Counted from the first letter of the stretch, positions 8,200-18,580 are shown. The stretch: DNA of 46,563 nucleotides from Chlamydiales bacterium (GCA_047611865.1 JBLFWS010000005.1:1-46563); one strand, 5' to 3'. Made by a program: numbers and translations. The notes: generated by a model from the letters alone, not told the origin.

Positions 8200-8943
8200 T
8201 TATTGGTCGAGAAGCTCTTCCTCTAGATTTTCCAATTCGCGTTTTATATCGAAATTAATTAGCCCAAGAGAGCTTTCGAGTCGACATGTTCCCTGAGGAA
8301 CAGAAGGGTCTGAAATGAAGTCAAGCCTTGTGATATTATGCTTGTCGTAATCGAGGGACTCCAGGCCGTTTTCCAGAGCTACGAGGTCATCAGGAAAGAA
8401 GAGTATTTGTACGTGTTCTCCGTGGGCAATAGCCTTGGCTTTCGAAAGTAGTTTTTCTACGATATGTATAAAGGTATCAGTATTTTCCAGCTTTTTGTGG
8501 AGTATCTTTTCACAAATGGCGATGATGAGTTTGGTAATTTCAGCTTTACTGGCTTCAAGGAATTGTTCATTTTTTTCATAAAGCTTTTCGGTGGCATCAC
8601 CAAGAAGTTCAAGAGCGGAGCGGAATTCTTCTTTTGCGGAATTCTGGGCTTCAGAGGCAGATTCATCCCTTCCTTCTTTGTTGCCTTCATCCAAGCCTTG
8701 TTGGTGTCCTTCTTGAAATCCCTTTTGATAGCCTTCTTTTTGTCCGGCTTTTGAGCCGCCTTCATGCCCTTGTTCGAGTCCTTCCTTCAGACCTTTACTA
8801 TGCCAGAAATTTTCGAGAGCTTTGAGGTTGTCTTCTTCTTTTTGTGATGAAGGATCTTCTTTAGCCAATGTTCCTTTAGGACTGCAGAACATGATACCTT
8901 CTACATCAGCACCTCGGATAACGCGTTTAGGAGAAGATTTCAT
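8200..8943 (-). CDS. fliH: Flagellar assembly protein FliH
   Basis: GxxxG repeat tract and C-terminal GTCRLES..GLIN; lies between fliG and fliI. ATG at 8943 preferred over the GTG at 8952. Confidence 0.88.
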   Translation of the reverse strand: MKSSPKRVIRGADVEGIMFCSPKGTLAKEDPSSQKEEDNLKALENFWHSKGLKEGLEQGHEGGSKAGQKEGYQKGFQEGHQQGLDEGNKEGRDESASEAQNSAKEEFRSALELLGDATEKLYEKNEQFLEASKAEITKLIIAICEKILHKKLENTDTFIHIVEKLLSKAKAIAHGEHVQILFFPDDLVALENGLESLDYDKHNITRLDFISDPSVPQGTCRLESSLGLINFDIKRELENLEEELLDQ

Positions 8944-9967
8944 CACCACCACCGCCTTTACCTTGGATAAGGACCTGACCCTCTTCGTCTAATCTGCGTA
9001 TGATATTTACGATCTTTGTTTGAGATCCTTGAACGACAGAGGCCTTAACAGCTCCCATGAAGGCTAATTCATCGGAAATCATTTCCACTTGTCGTTTAGA
9101 GATGTTACGGAATATTTTCTCTCTGACTTCTTCGTTAGCACCCTTCAGGGAGACGACTAAGTCCTCATTGTCCACTTCTTTGAGCACGGTCTGTATGGAT
9201 TTGTCATCGAGAAGAAGTATGTCATCGAAGACGAACATGAGATCCTTGATGGCTGTAGCCAGGTCGAAATCTTCTTCCGTAATTTGTTCAAGGATTGCTT
9301 TATCGAGTGGGGCACCGATAGAATTGAGGATGTCAGCAACCATTTTGTGTCCGCCCATTTTCTGAACATCTTTTTCGAGGGCCAGGCCTTTGAGGTTTTC
9401 TGCCAGGACAGCTTCAATTCTTGGAACGAGTTCGGGATCGCTTTCTTCGAGCTTAGCAATTTTCATAATGACTTCTGTTTGCATTTCCTCAGGTAAGGAA
9501 GCTATAATTTTTGAGATTCTTTCAGAGTCGAGGTAAGACAGCATAAGAGCAACGGTTTGTGAATTCTCTTGTTGGAGATATGCAGCAAGTTGTTTGGGAT
9601 CGACTTTTTTGAGGACGCTAAATATTTCGTACTCTTCCTTGTTGATAAGGTTGTGGACAAAATCGCTGGCTTTGGATTCCCCCATCATACCTGAAAGAAC
9701 AGTCTGTAAGTATTCGGATCCTCCTGATGATCCAAGAGAAGTTTTTTTTGTAAGCTTGGAATAAAATTCGCGAACAACGCGCTCAGTTAGTTCTTGGGGG
9801 ACGTAGCTCATGCGGTTGATCCAGAAAGCGACCTTTTTGACGTCTTCTTCCTTCATGAGGCGCATAATTTCAGTGGCCCACTTTTGTCCGAGGGCAATAA
9901 GGAGTAGCGCAGCTTTTTGAGGGCTTCCTAAAGCTTTAAATTGTTCTTCTATTTTATCGTTTTGCAC
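8927..9967 (-). CDS. fliG: Flagellar motor switch protein FliG
   Basis: QKAALLLIALG, GG linker, MFVFDD, SLKGA and IRRLDEEG motifs; GTG start with GGAGGAG RBS. Confidence 0.95.
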   Translation of the reverse strand: MQNDKIEEQFKALGSPQKAALLLIALGQKWATEIMRLMKEEDVKKVAFWINRMSYVPQELTERVVREFYSKLTKKTSLGSSGGSEYLQTVLSGMMGESKASDFVHNLINKEEYEIFSVLKKVDPKQLAAYLQQENSQTVALMLSYLDSERISKIIASLPEEMQTEVIMKIAKLEESDPELVPRIEAVLAENLKGLALEKDVQKMGGHKMVADILNSIGAPLDKAILEQITEEDFDLATAIKDLMFVFDDILLLDDKSIQTVLKEVDNEDLVVSLKGANEEVREKIFRNISKRQVEMISDELAFMGAVKASVVQGSQTKIVNIIRRLDEEGQVLIQGKGGGGDEIFS

Positions 9968-10023
9968 TTTTCTCCTCCCAAATCAATGCTCTTTGCACTG
10001 AGGCGTAAATCACTATAGAGTTC

Positions 10024-11637
10024 TTATAAATCCAATTCTTGTCCTTCTGAAAGCCAGTCGCGAATTGTTTCTACAATGGGTATCGGGTCGGACTGGAGTC
10101 TCATCTTCACGGCTTCGATCATAGCTTCGACTTCGACAACAGATGGTTCTTCAGTGTACTCCATTTCTTCTTCTTCTTCTGGTTCCAGTGACGGAGGCTG
10201 CATCATTTGTCGTTTCCAGAATCGGTTGAATGTCCAGAACATTCCTAGTACCGTGAAGGATATGAAAAGGATTGTACCTGTTTTACTAGCGAGTTCCATG
10301 ACAGATGACCATGATTGATTTGAGGCTTGTTTGTTAAAGCTTGTCTTGTCAAATTCTACAAAGTCTACTGCAGGAGTCGAAGCTACAGCATAGGCATCAA
10401 GGATTTTTTGTAGCTGACTCCTGATTTCGGATTTTAGGTTTTCAGCATTTCTTCTGCCGTTGATTATTTCTCCTTCAGGGAGATCAGCGTCGTCATCAAT
10501 GGTTATGGTTTTGTCAATAAGGACTGCGATTGAGATACTATCGATTTTACCGGGTGTAGACTGCATTTTTATGTGATCAACAGGTACAGCCATTTGTCGG
10601 TATTGTTGAGTGCGGTTTTCGTTACGATTAAGGATTTCCTGGCCACCCGCAGCGACAGCGCCGGCAACAGCTTCATTGTTTGATCCTGGAGTACCTTGCT
10701 CAGAACGTTCTTGTTCAGATTGTTCTAGGCTCGATTCTGTGACACTTCTTAGTACAGGCTCTCCAAGGTCTGCGCCATTGACGATCCCGCTGAAAACTTG
10801 TCTGTCTTGCACCATTTTTTTTCTGCTGAGAACGACTTGTACAGTAGTATAGTAGTTACCATGACCAACTACGAGAGCGAGCATGCCATCAACTTTAGAT
10901 TTTAATCGTTCTTCTTGGGCTACTTCAGCGTGTCTCAGTAAATCGGTTTCCCCATCTGGATCTATAGCTTGATATAGTTTACCAGTTGTATCAGAGATGG
11001 CGACCATGTTGGGCTGCAATCCTCTGACTGCTCCAGCAATATGGAAAGTAATTGCTCTTAATTGCTGAGAACTTAATCTTGCACCTGGCATGAGGCTGAG
11101 GATGACAGAAGACTTGGTTTTGTACATGGATCCACCGAAAGGTCTTGGTGGAGCAATGTCAAGGATAACACTGGAGCCTTTTATATTTTCGTACTCAGCG
11201 ATGTCCCTTTCCAGCTCACCTTTTAAGGCGCGCATTTCGAGAATTTGAAGTTCTTTTTCCCCTTTAATCCATGTACTTGTATCAAATAATTCGAATCCCT
11301 TTCCGGTATGTAGTTTGGGTAATCCAATAGCGGCAAGATCCATACGAATTCTGTGCACTTCGTTGGAAGGGACCATGAAGAGGGCATCACCTTTTATCTT
11401 GTATACGACACGAGAGGAGTCAAGATATTCCTTGATTTCGGCGGCATCAGAAATCATTACGCGCCCCTGTGGAAAAAGAGGGCTATAACGAGTGCTGCTT
11501 GCGTTGTAGACTAGGAAAGAGAGCATACCGAGTAGAAAGAAGGCTACCATAATTACTGTAAATTTCTGGTAAACCTTAATTTCATTCCAGATGCTGAGAA
11601 GCTGTCTTCCGATGTCTTTTAGAAAGTCAAAATTCAT
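10024..11637 (-). CDS. fliF: Flagellar MS-ring protein FliF
   Basis: Two TM helices, GFELFD, RALKGELERDI and C-terminal IRDWL; upstream of fliG. Confidence 0.93.
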   Translation of the reverse strand: MNFDFLKDIGRQLLSIWNEIKVYQKFTVIMVAFFLLGMLSFLVYNASSTRYSPLFPQGRVMISDAAEIKEYLDSSRVVYKIKGDALFMVPSNEVHRIRMDLAAIGLPKLHTGKGFELFDTSTWIKGEKELQILEMRALKGELERDIAEYENIKGSSVILDIAPPRPFGGSMYKTKSSVILSLMPGARLSSQQLRAITFHIAGAVRGLQPNMVAISDTTGKLYQAIDPDGETDLLRHAEVAQEERLKSKVDGMLALVVGHGNYYTTVQVVLSRKKMVQDRQVFSGIVNGADLGEPVLRSVTESSLEQSEQERSEQGTPGSNNEAVAGAVAAGGQEILNRNENRTQQYRQMAVPVDHIKMQSTPGKIDSISIAVLIDKTITIDDDADLPEGEIINGRRNAENLKSEIRSQLQKILDAYAVASTPAVDFVEFDKTSFNKQASNQSWSSVMELASKTGTILFISFTVLGMFWTFNRFWKRQMMQPPSLEPEEEEEMEYTEEPSVVEVEAMIEAVKMRLQSDPIPIVETIRDWLSEGQELDL

Positions 11638-11753
11638 CGTCTTTTACCTGTTTTAACGTTGGGTCACACCGCTTTTACAGGGTGGCGCTTACTCGCTTGT
11701 GATTAAATGCTACGATCTAGTTGCTACAGTCATTCCGATCTTAACAAGCTCCA

Positions 11754-11778
11754 GTGTTTCGTGTGTTTCGTGTGTTTC
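11754..11778. repeat. 9-bp tandem repeat (GTGTTTCGT x ~2.8) in the fliF leader
   Basis: Sequence GTGTTTCGTGTGTTTCGTGTGTTTC. Confidence 0.85.
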
Positions 11779-11993
11779 TTTTGTCACGGATAGTAAAATC
11801 TAGTTATGTTCTTCCCTGTGCGGAGGAGTCATGATTAATGCCTTGCTCCTTTTTCCTTGTATAGATTACTTCCTAATTAAAGAAAATATTTTAAAGAGCT
11901 TCTCTCAAAAGGAAGGAGAGTTTGGGTCTTTTGCTTTTGTCCCTTTTCAGGTACAATCAAGGGAATTTATTGAGATAAGACCTTTTTGAAATT

Positions 11994-13124
11994 ATGCATA
12001 TTATTTATCCATACAACGAGATTTTACCAAAAAGAACTGCGCATGACGTATATATTTTTAACAATTGTGTGTCGTTGGCAAAAGAGGGCTTTCAGGTTGA
12101 ACTTCTCTGTGGGAAGGGAAGTCAAAATGATGGGAGTATTTGTGAGCACTACCATGTGCCTAACTTATATGGAATGAAAACCAAGCATTTACCCATAGTG
12201 CGTAAAAATAATATATTATCTCTCTCATGGAACCGAGTGTTCCTATATTTTTCTCAAAGGGTTTTACAGCAAGAAGCTCCTGATGTAGCCATCTTTAGTG
12301 TCCTCAAGCAAGCTTATTATCACTTTCGAAGGAAGCTTCCTGGTGTAAGTTATGTTTATGAGGCTCATCAGCTTGCATGGTATCCTCACATGGCATTGGG
12401 CGCCAAAAAGAAAGAGGTAGAATTGGAAAGGTCTATTTTGAGAAAAGCGGACCTTGTCACAGTAACGACAGAAGCTTTGCGGAAGATTCTTCTTGAGGCC
12501 CCATACTCACTTGATGTCCCTGTTGAAGTCGTGCCTCTAGCAGTAAACGTTTCTGAGTTACCTCCACCTCTAGTCTCAGACGGTCTTCCCACAGTGATGT
12601 ATGTTGGGCAATTGTATAAGGGGCAAGGAATAGAGAATTTACTCAATGCAATGGGGAAAGCATCCACGGTTCGTCTTGAAATTGTTGGCGGGACAGAAAC
12701 TGAGATCAAAAATTTAAAAGCCTATTCCGTAATTTTGGGAGTGTCTGATAGAGTTTATTTTCATGGTTTTTGTTCTCCTTCTAAGCTTTCGTCAATGGTA
12801 GCCCATGCGGATGCTTTTGTAGCTCCGTTTGAACCCGAAGGGCGCATGCCGTATGTAGCTCACACAAAGCTATTAGAGTACATTTCTTGGGGACGTCCGG
12901 TCATAGCTCCCGACATGCCTGTTGTTAGAGAGCATTTTCCCGATGGGAAAGGGCTTATGCTATTTGAGTCTGGAAGTACCAGAGGCCTTGCTGATAGGCT
13001 TTGCGAAATTTCTCAACCTCTCGTAAGAGATGGCCTACAGAAAGAATCTTCAGAAAACGTAGGGGCGTATAATTGGCATGCTCGGAGTAAGCATTACGGA
13101 GAAATTCTGAAGAATCTTTTCTGA
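11994..13124 (+). CDS. GT4-family glycosyltransferase (LPS-related)
   Basis: YEAH, YVGQLYKGQGIENL and KLLEYISWGRPVIAPD motifs. Confidence 0.88.
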   Translation: MHIIYPYNEILPKRTAHDVYIFNNCVSLAKEGFQVELLCGKGSQNDGSICEHYHVPNLYGMKTKHLPIVRKNNILSLSWNRVFLYFSQRVLQQEAPDVAIFSVLKQAYYHFRRKLPGVSYVYEAHQLAWYPHMALGAKKKEVELERSILRKADLVTVTTEALRKILLEAPYSLDVPVEVVPLAVNVSELPPPLVSDGLPTVMYVGQLYKGQGIENLLNAMGKASTVRLEIVGGTETEIKNLKAYSVILGVSDRVYFHGFCSPSKLSSMVAHADAFVAPFEPEGRMPYVAHTKLLEYISWGRPVIAPDMPVVREHFPDGKGLMLFESGSTRGLADRLCEISQPLVRDGLQKESSENVGAYNWHARSKHYGEILKNLF

Positions 13125-13158
13125 TTATGACCTATTTTGTGTCCGAGTCGGGCATTAC

Positions 13159-14226
13159 TTATGGCGATTTTTTGTGAAGAGATGGGTCATAACTTGAGAT
13201 TAAAGATTGAAGTTCATTATAGACTTCCTGGACTTCAATGCGTTTCATGCAGCGAAAATCAATAGGACATACACGCTTATAGCACGGAGAACATTCAGCG
13301 TGTTTGTGAATAACTTTACCGGATTGATAGGGGCCGGTTTTTATTTCATTGGTTGAGCCAAAGAGGGCGAGTAAAGGGGTTCCAAGAGCAGCAGCAAGGT
13401 GCATGGGGCCGCTGTCGTTAGTGAGAAATACATCGCATTTTGTGATTAAAGCCATAAGTTCAGTTAGAGTCGTACTACCTGCTAAGTTAGTCACCTTTTT
13501 GGGAAGCTCTTCACAAATTTGGTCGACTAAGGGTTTTCCGTTTATATCTCCGAAATACAGAATATGGATACGGGGATTTTCTAAAAGTTTTTTGCTAAGA
13601 GATTGAAAGCGATCGGGATGCCAACATTTTGCTGAGCCGTAAGCAGCTCCGGGGTTGATACCTACAACGATGGCATCTTGGGAAACGCCAATTTTGTTTA
13701 ATAAATTTTGGACATGGTCGAGGTCGTCTTTTTTCAAATATAACTTAGGGGAAGAGTGGGTGGTGGTACCTTGTTTCGTTTCAATTAGCCGCTTGTAGGT
13801 AGTAACGAGGTGTTGAGTCTCTTTGTTTTCTGGGTAAGGTATAGCTTTATTTAAAAATAGATTGCGAAAATTTCCTTTGAACCCAATTCTATTTTGTACT
13901 TTCCCTAGGTAGAACCACCAGGCTGAGGAGAGAGAGTTTGTTAGTAGAATGCCCATATCGTATGTTTCTTCTCGCAACATAGTCTTGATTTTCCGGTTAT
14001 AAAGTCGGTTCCATATCCCTTTGGGTTTGGAAAAACTCAAAATTTTGTCTATGTTGGGGTCGTTTTGAAGGATGTGAGCAATATTGCTGCTACACATTAC
14101 GGTAAGAGAAGCATTAGGCCATCGAGCTTTAACGTCATAAATTACAGGGGTTGCCATGACGGCATCCCCAATCCAGTTTGGCATTCGGATAATGATATTT
14201 TTAGGGGGGGGAAGGGATTTTTTCAT
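13159..14226 (-). CDS. waaF: LPS heptosyltransferase II (GT9)
   Basis: PNWIGDAVMA, INPGAAYGSAKCW, TNDSGPMHLAAA and CSPCYKRVCP motifs. Confidence 0.9.
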   Translation of the reverse strand: MKKSLPPPKNIIIRMPNWIGDAVMATPVIYDVKARWPNASLTVMCSSNIAHILQNDPNIDKILSFSKPKGIWNRLYNRKIKTMLREETYDMGILLTNSLSSAWWFYLGKVQNRIGFKGNFRNLFLNKAIPYPENKETQHLVTTYKRLIETKQGTTTHSSPKLYLKKDDLDHVQNLLNKIGVSQDAIVVGINPGAAYGSAKCWHPDRFQSLSKKLLENPRIHILYFGDINGKPLVDQICEELPKKVTNLAGSTTLTELMALITKCDVFLTNDSGPMHLAAALGTPLLALFGSTNEIKTGPYQSGKVIHKHAECSPCYKRVCPIDFRCMKRIEVQEVYNELQSLISSYDPSLHKKSP

Positions 14227-14539
14227 ATGGATCTTTATTGTCGAAAATCTTGTTAACTAATTGCAAATCTGTTAGTTGTGTGAGAATAAACCATAAGAAT
14301 TAGCTTAGCATGAACGGCTATTCTTCCCTATCAAAATTGCTGGGATGTTTGGAATACATATATATGTAGGGATTTATACCGAAACCAATTCTTGAACTTT
14401 TTTGGGTATATGCTTTCCTAACTAGAGGCATTACCGTTGTTTATTATTTAACAATTTCTTATTGTTACAGTAGTAAAGTCGGATTGATTTTCCATGTCCT
14501 AGCTATGAATTTAAATTTGGAAAAACCGGAGCGTAAGTT

Positions 14540-17500
14540 TTGCAAGACACCAGTGCACGTGAAGAAGAAGTGAAAAGCGTCCTTCATACTCTTTTTGTAG
14601 AGAAGAAAAGAGTTAAGGAGCTCCAAAAAAAAATTCAAAAAGTTGGTGACGAGCGCAATCGTTTACGTGAAAGGCTTGATCAGCTAGAAAAGGAGAGGCG
14701 TACTCCTCCTTCCTCAGAGAGGATGGAAAAGATGCGTGGGCGGGGAAACGAAGAGATATTGCGCAGCAAATACAAAGTTGTGGAAGAAAACAGAGAACTG
14801 CAGGGTCAGTTTGAAAAGCTTCGAAATGTTTTTACTGAACAAAAAAAACAACTTATTGCAGCACAGCAGGATATCCAGGATAGCCAGAAGAAATTGGCTC
14901 TTCTTGAGAAAAATCTTCAAAGCGAAAGAGCTACAAAGCTTAAAGCTCTGAAGTATATAAGAGCTCATCGGGATCTTGATGAAAAAAGCAAAAAAATCAA
15001 AAGACTTGCGATCTATCTTAAGCAAAAAAACGCAGAGATTGAAAAAAAATCTGCGCAGAATTTGGCTATTGCAAATTCAAAAGTGCCTTCTAAAGGAGAT
15101 GAGGATTATGACCCGCTAATTGCTCGTTTAAAAAAGGCTGTTAAAGATAGAAACACGGTCATATTACAGCACAAAAAGCGCTTTCTAGATTTTGAGAATA
15201 TTCTTAAAGAAAAATCACTGAAAAACACCGACTACGCAGAAAAAATGGATGGTTTACAAGGCCATGCTATGAGCCTTGGAAAAGAAAATGCTCAGTTGAA
15301 AGAGCAAAATAAAGTTATTTTCGAGCGTCTGAAGAAAACGATCAAAGTTTTAGATCTTACAAAGTCTAAATTGGCCTCTTTCAAGGAAGCTGAAGAGAAA
15401 AGTATAGAATCAAAGTCTTCTTTGCAGGGGGAAAATTCGAAGTTAGCAAAACGGCTTCAATTTTTGCGAAAGGAGTTAGATAAGACGGAGGGTAGCCTGG
15501 AAGGGACGCGCTCAAAGTTTGACTCTGTTTACAAGGATCTGGAAAAAGACAACGAAGATCTTAGGGAGCAACGACTTGGATTAGAAGCTCTTTTAGCAAA
15601 AAAGAAGGAAGAGCTGCAAAAGGCATTAAGTGGAAACGAGGAGCTGGCGAGAGAAAAGCAAAAGATTTTGAAGCAAAAAGGAAGCGCGGAATCTTTATTG
15701 GAAAGTTTGCAATCAGGACTCGAGGCCGCAAAAGTTGAAGTAGAGAAGGTTCAAAATCAACTTGGCAAGGCCAAGAAAACCAACGTTCAACTCGAAGATC
15801 AGCTCCGAAGTCAGGATGATGAATCGAAAAGTAAGTGGGCCAAGGAAGCGGAAATTTACAGACAAGAGCTAGGGGCTCTTCAAGAGAAGCTTCTTGGTAG
15901 TAACAATGAGAAGCGGCAGCAAAAAAAACAGTATAATAATGCGATAAAAACGTTACTGCTTTTGAAGAGCTTGCTTGAAGAGCTTTCTGAAAAAGTAGCC
16001 GTCAATTCAAAAGATCTTTCGGAGGTGACCGCAGAGACTTTTGAGGATCCTGCGAAACAAGAGGCTTTTTCACATGTTGCACGGGACCTTACAGAGCGTT
16101 TGATTGCTTCGTATAATGAGTTGCGGAAGCGACTACAAGACCTTGAGGCCAGGGTTTCTAAAAGGCAAACTGATAAAGATGAAAACCGGTGTCTAAAATC
16201 AGAGGTAGAACAACTTAGTGAAATAAAACAAGCTTTCGAAAAAGAGCTTAGGAAGAACAAAGCGCAGCTGATTCATATGCAAAAAGAACTTCAGAAGTTT
16301 CGTGGCAAACTGGCTGAAGAAGAGAAGCAAAATCTTTTTAAGACGGAAAAGATAGAAATATTAGGGAAGGCAATAAGTTCCCATGAGGAAAGCTTGGAAA
16401 AACTTCATGGTCTTGAGGGTGTTGAATGCGAAGCCAAAAAGAAAAAAGAATTCTTTGAAAAGCAGTTACATATCTTAAAGGCAGATAAAGAAGGGCTTTT
16501 AAAAGAGCACACAGATAGAAAATATTTGCTGGAAGCCAAGCAGAAGCAGTACGAAATGTTGCTTAGTAAAAATACGGGCATGTCAAAAGATCTCTCTGAT
16601 GCGAAGAGAGAGTTGAGTAACGCCCTTAAGGTCAAGGGTAGTTTACATGAAGATTTCTCAGAGATAAAAAAACATAATGATCGCTTAAAGAACCGGCTTG
16701 AAAATGAAGAGAGCGAGAAAGATGCGCTTCTTGAGGAATTGGAAGATTTAAATCTACGTTACCAGGAAATAAAGAAGAAAACTCATTATATGGCAGAAAA
16801 TGCTGAGAATCAAGGTTCTGAAATGTACCGTGCTCAGCAAAATATTGAGGAGCTTCTTAAGGAACAGCAAGAATTAAAGAATGGCTTGAAGAAACGCACA
16901 AATAGTATTAAAGAACTCGAAAAAGAGCTCGTTCTTATCAAGGAAACTCTTGTCCGTGGCGTAAGGGAGGCAAAGGAAATAGAAAACCGTTATTATGAAA
17001 CTGTTGAAGAGAAGATGGCCGTGGTGAATCGTCATCAGCAAGTGGTCAAACAGTTGAATGCGCAATCAGAAGAGTTGGAAGTTCTTAAAGATCAACTTGA
17101 TAAGATAAAAAAATCAGAAGCATCCGTAAAGACCAAGCAATCAGAGTTAAGCGAAAGCTGTAAGCAAAGTTCTGAAGAGTCTCGCAGGCTGAAAGCAGAA
17201 GTTGATATTCTTTCTGTAGAAAAGAAGCAGCATCTTGCTGATAAGCAAGCATTAGAAGCTAAATTTGCTGATGTTCAAGAAGAATGTAGTAGCTTTAGCA
17301 TGACGATTCAGGATCTCAATGTCAAAGTTGCCAAGTTGAAGACGGTTGAGCAGAATTTACGATCTAGGGAAGAAGAAATTAGTGACTTGAAAAAGAATTA
17401 CCAGGAAGAGCTTGGATCTAAAGACAGTCAGCATCACAGTATGAATGAGAAGCTTCAGTCTCTTCTGAAGAGTAGTGATGACGGCCAGAGGGCGTTGGAA

Positions 17501-18580
17501 GAAAGTCAGAAAGAATTTTCCCGGATGAAAGAGGAACTTCAAAATCAGTTGAGTGAAGCACTCAAGGATAATGAAAGTAAGCTTAAGCAGACTCGTCTGG
17601 ATCATCAGACGGAACTTTCCAAAAAGCAGGAAGAGGTACAAAAGGTCCTTGAAAGTCAGGAACAGGATTTAAGAAAGACTAGGCGGGCTTATGAGGAGCT
17701 TCTTTCAAAGAATCAAGAAGAGCATAGGGTTGCTGTTAAGGACCTGCAAGAAAATGCAAGTCGCCTTCAGGAAAGGTTAGAAGCACTGAATTCTGTAGAA
17801 AATGAAAAAGCAGCTCTTTCTGATCAGTACTTTCACCTTGAAGAGGATTTTAATGAGTTGCGAGGGCGCTTTGATGATTCTCTGGAAGGAAGGCAAGAAG
17901 CAGAGAAAAAGCTGCAGCTCGCTGCAGAGCAGCATAAGAAATTGCAGATTCTTGCTAAGGATAAATCTGACCAGTTAAAAGTCTCTGTAGAAAGCGAGAA
18001 AGAAAAGCAGCAGCTTATCGATAAGGTTCAGCAAGAGCAGAAAGAAAAAGATTCTCAAATGAAGCTTTTACAGCAACATTTTAAGCGGAAAATGCGTGAG
18101 AGTACCTCTCAGAGAGATTTGATCGAAAGTGAAAAAGTCAAAAATCTTGAATTGCAAAATTTGCTTTCTGAGCTACGTAGTGAAGTAACTCAGCTACAGA
18201 ATGCTAATGAAATGCAGAAGGCCCACGAGAGGAAAGTTCAGGCTATGGCCAAAGAATCTTTGGAGGCGATAGAAATTCGCAGTAAGGAAATGGAAGAGAA
18301 GTACTTTATTCTCCATGAGGATTCCCAGCGAGACAAGGCACGTATTAGAGAGCTCGAAAGTATTAAAATAGAGCATGATCAAATGAAAGGGCTTCTTTCG
18401 AATATTCAGAGCTTTGTAGGGGGCGCTCAGGCTCCTCAGTCATCTCCTCTTACGACGCTTGTTCCTGCAAGAGTTATAGAAGAAGTGCCTGTTGAAACTC
18501 AAGCAGTGGTCAATCAGGGACTATTTGAAGTGACTCAAAGCCAAAATCCTTCGCAAAGAAAGCAGAGTTTGTTTGAATAG
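14540..18580 (+). CDS. Giant coiled-coil protein (1346 aa), function unknown
   Basis: Uninterrupted 4-kb ORF with E/K/Q/L-rich heptads throughout; no Walker motifs or TM helix. TTG start is uncertain. Confidence 0.85.
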   Translation: MQDTSAREEEVKSVLHTLFVEKKRVKELQKKIQKVGDERNRLRERLDQLEKERRTPPSSERMEKMRGRGNEEILRSKYKVVEENRELQGQFEKLRNVFTEQKKQLIAAQQDIQDSQKKLALLEKNLQSERATKLKALKYIRAHRDLDEKSKKIKRLAIYLKQKNAEIEKKSAQNLAIANSKVPSKGDEDYDPLIARLKKAVKDRNTVILQHKKRFLDFENILKEKSLKNTDYAEKMDGLQGHAMSLGKENAQLKEQNKVIFERLKKTIKVLDLTKSKLASFKEAEEKSIESKSSLQGENSKLAKRLQFLRKELDKTEGSLEGTRSKFDSVYKDLEKDNEDLREQRLGLEALLAKKKEELQKALSGNEELAREKQKILKQKGSAESLLESLQSGLEAAKVEVEKVQNQLGKAKKTNVQLEDQLRSQDDESKSKWAKEAEIYRQELGALQEKLLGSNNEKRQQKKQYNNAIKTLLLLKSLLEELSEKVAVNSKDLSEVTAETFEDPAKQEAFSHVARDLTERLIASYNELRKRLQDLEARVSKRQTDKDENRCLKSEVEQLSEIKQAFEKELRKNKAQLIHMQKELQKFRGKLAEEEKQNLFKTEKIEILGKAISSHEESLEKLHGLEGVECEAKKKKEFFEKQLHILKADKEGLLKEHTDRKYLLEAKQKQYEMLLSKNTGMSKDLSDAKRELSNALKVKGSLHEDFSEIKKHNDRLKNRLENEESEKDALLEELEDLNLRYQEIKKKTHYMAENAENQGSEMYRAQQNIEELLKEQQELKNGLKKRTNSIKELEKELVLIKETLVRGVREAKEIENRYYETVEEKMAVVNRHQQVVKQLNAQSEELEVLKDQLDKIKKSEASVKTKQSELSESCKQSSEESRRLKAEVDILSVEKKQHLADKQALEAKFADVQEECSSFSMTIQDLNVKVAKLKTVEQNLRSREEEISDLKKNYQEELGSKDSQHHSMNEKLQSLLKSSDDGQRALEESQKEFSRMKEELQNQLSEALKDNESKLKQTRLDHQTELSKKQEEVQKVLESQEQDLRKTRRAYEELLSKNQEEHRVAVKDLQENASRLQERLEALNSVENEKAALSDQYFHLEEDFNELRGRFDDSLEGRQEAEKKLQLAAEQHKKLQILAKDKSDQLKVSVESEKEKQQLIDKVQQEQKEKDSQMKLLQQHFKRKMRESTSQRDLIESEKVKNLELQNLLSELRSEVTQLQNANEMQKAHERKVQAMAKESLEAIEIRSKEMEEKYFILHEDSQRDKARIRELESIKIEHDQMKGLLSNIQSFVGGAQAPQSSPLTTLVPARVIEEVPVETQAVVNQGLFEVTQSQNPSQRKQSLFE

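Noticed and set aside
6875..11637. Injectisome (non-flagellar T3SS) genes
   Set aside because: FliG, a full-length two-TM FliF and a FliJ-type N-terminus indicate a flagellar system.
14540..18580. SMC/SbcC ATPase
   Set aside because: No Walker A/B, signature motif or hinge is visible.
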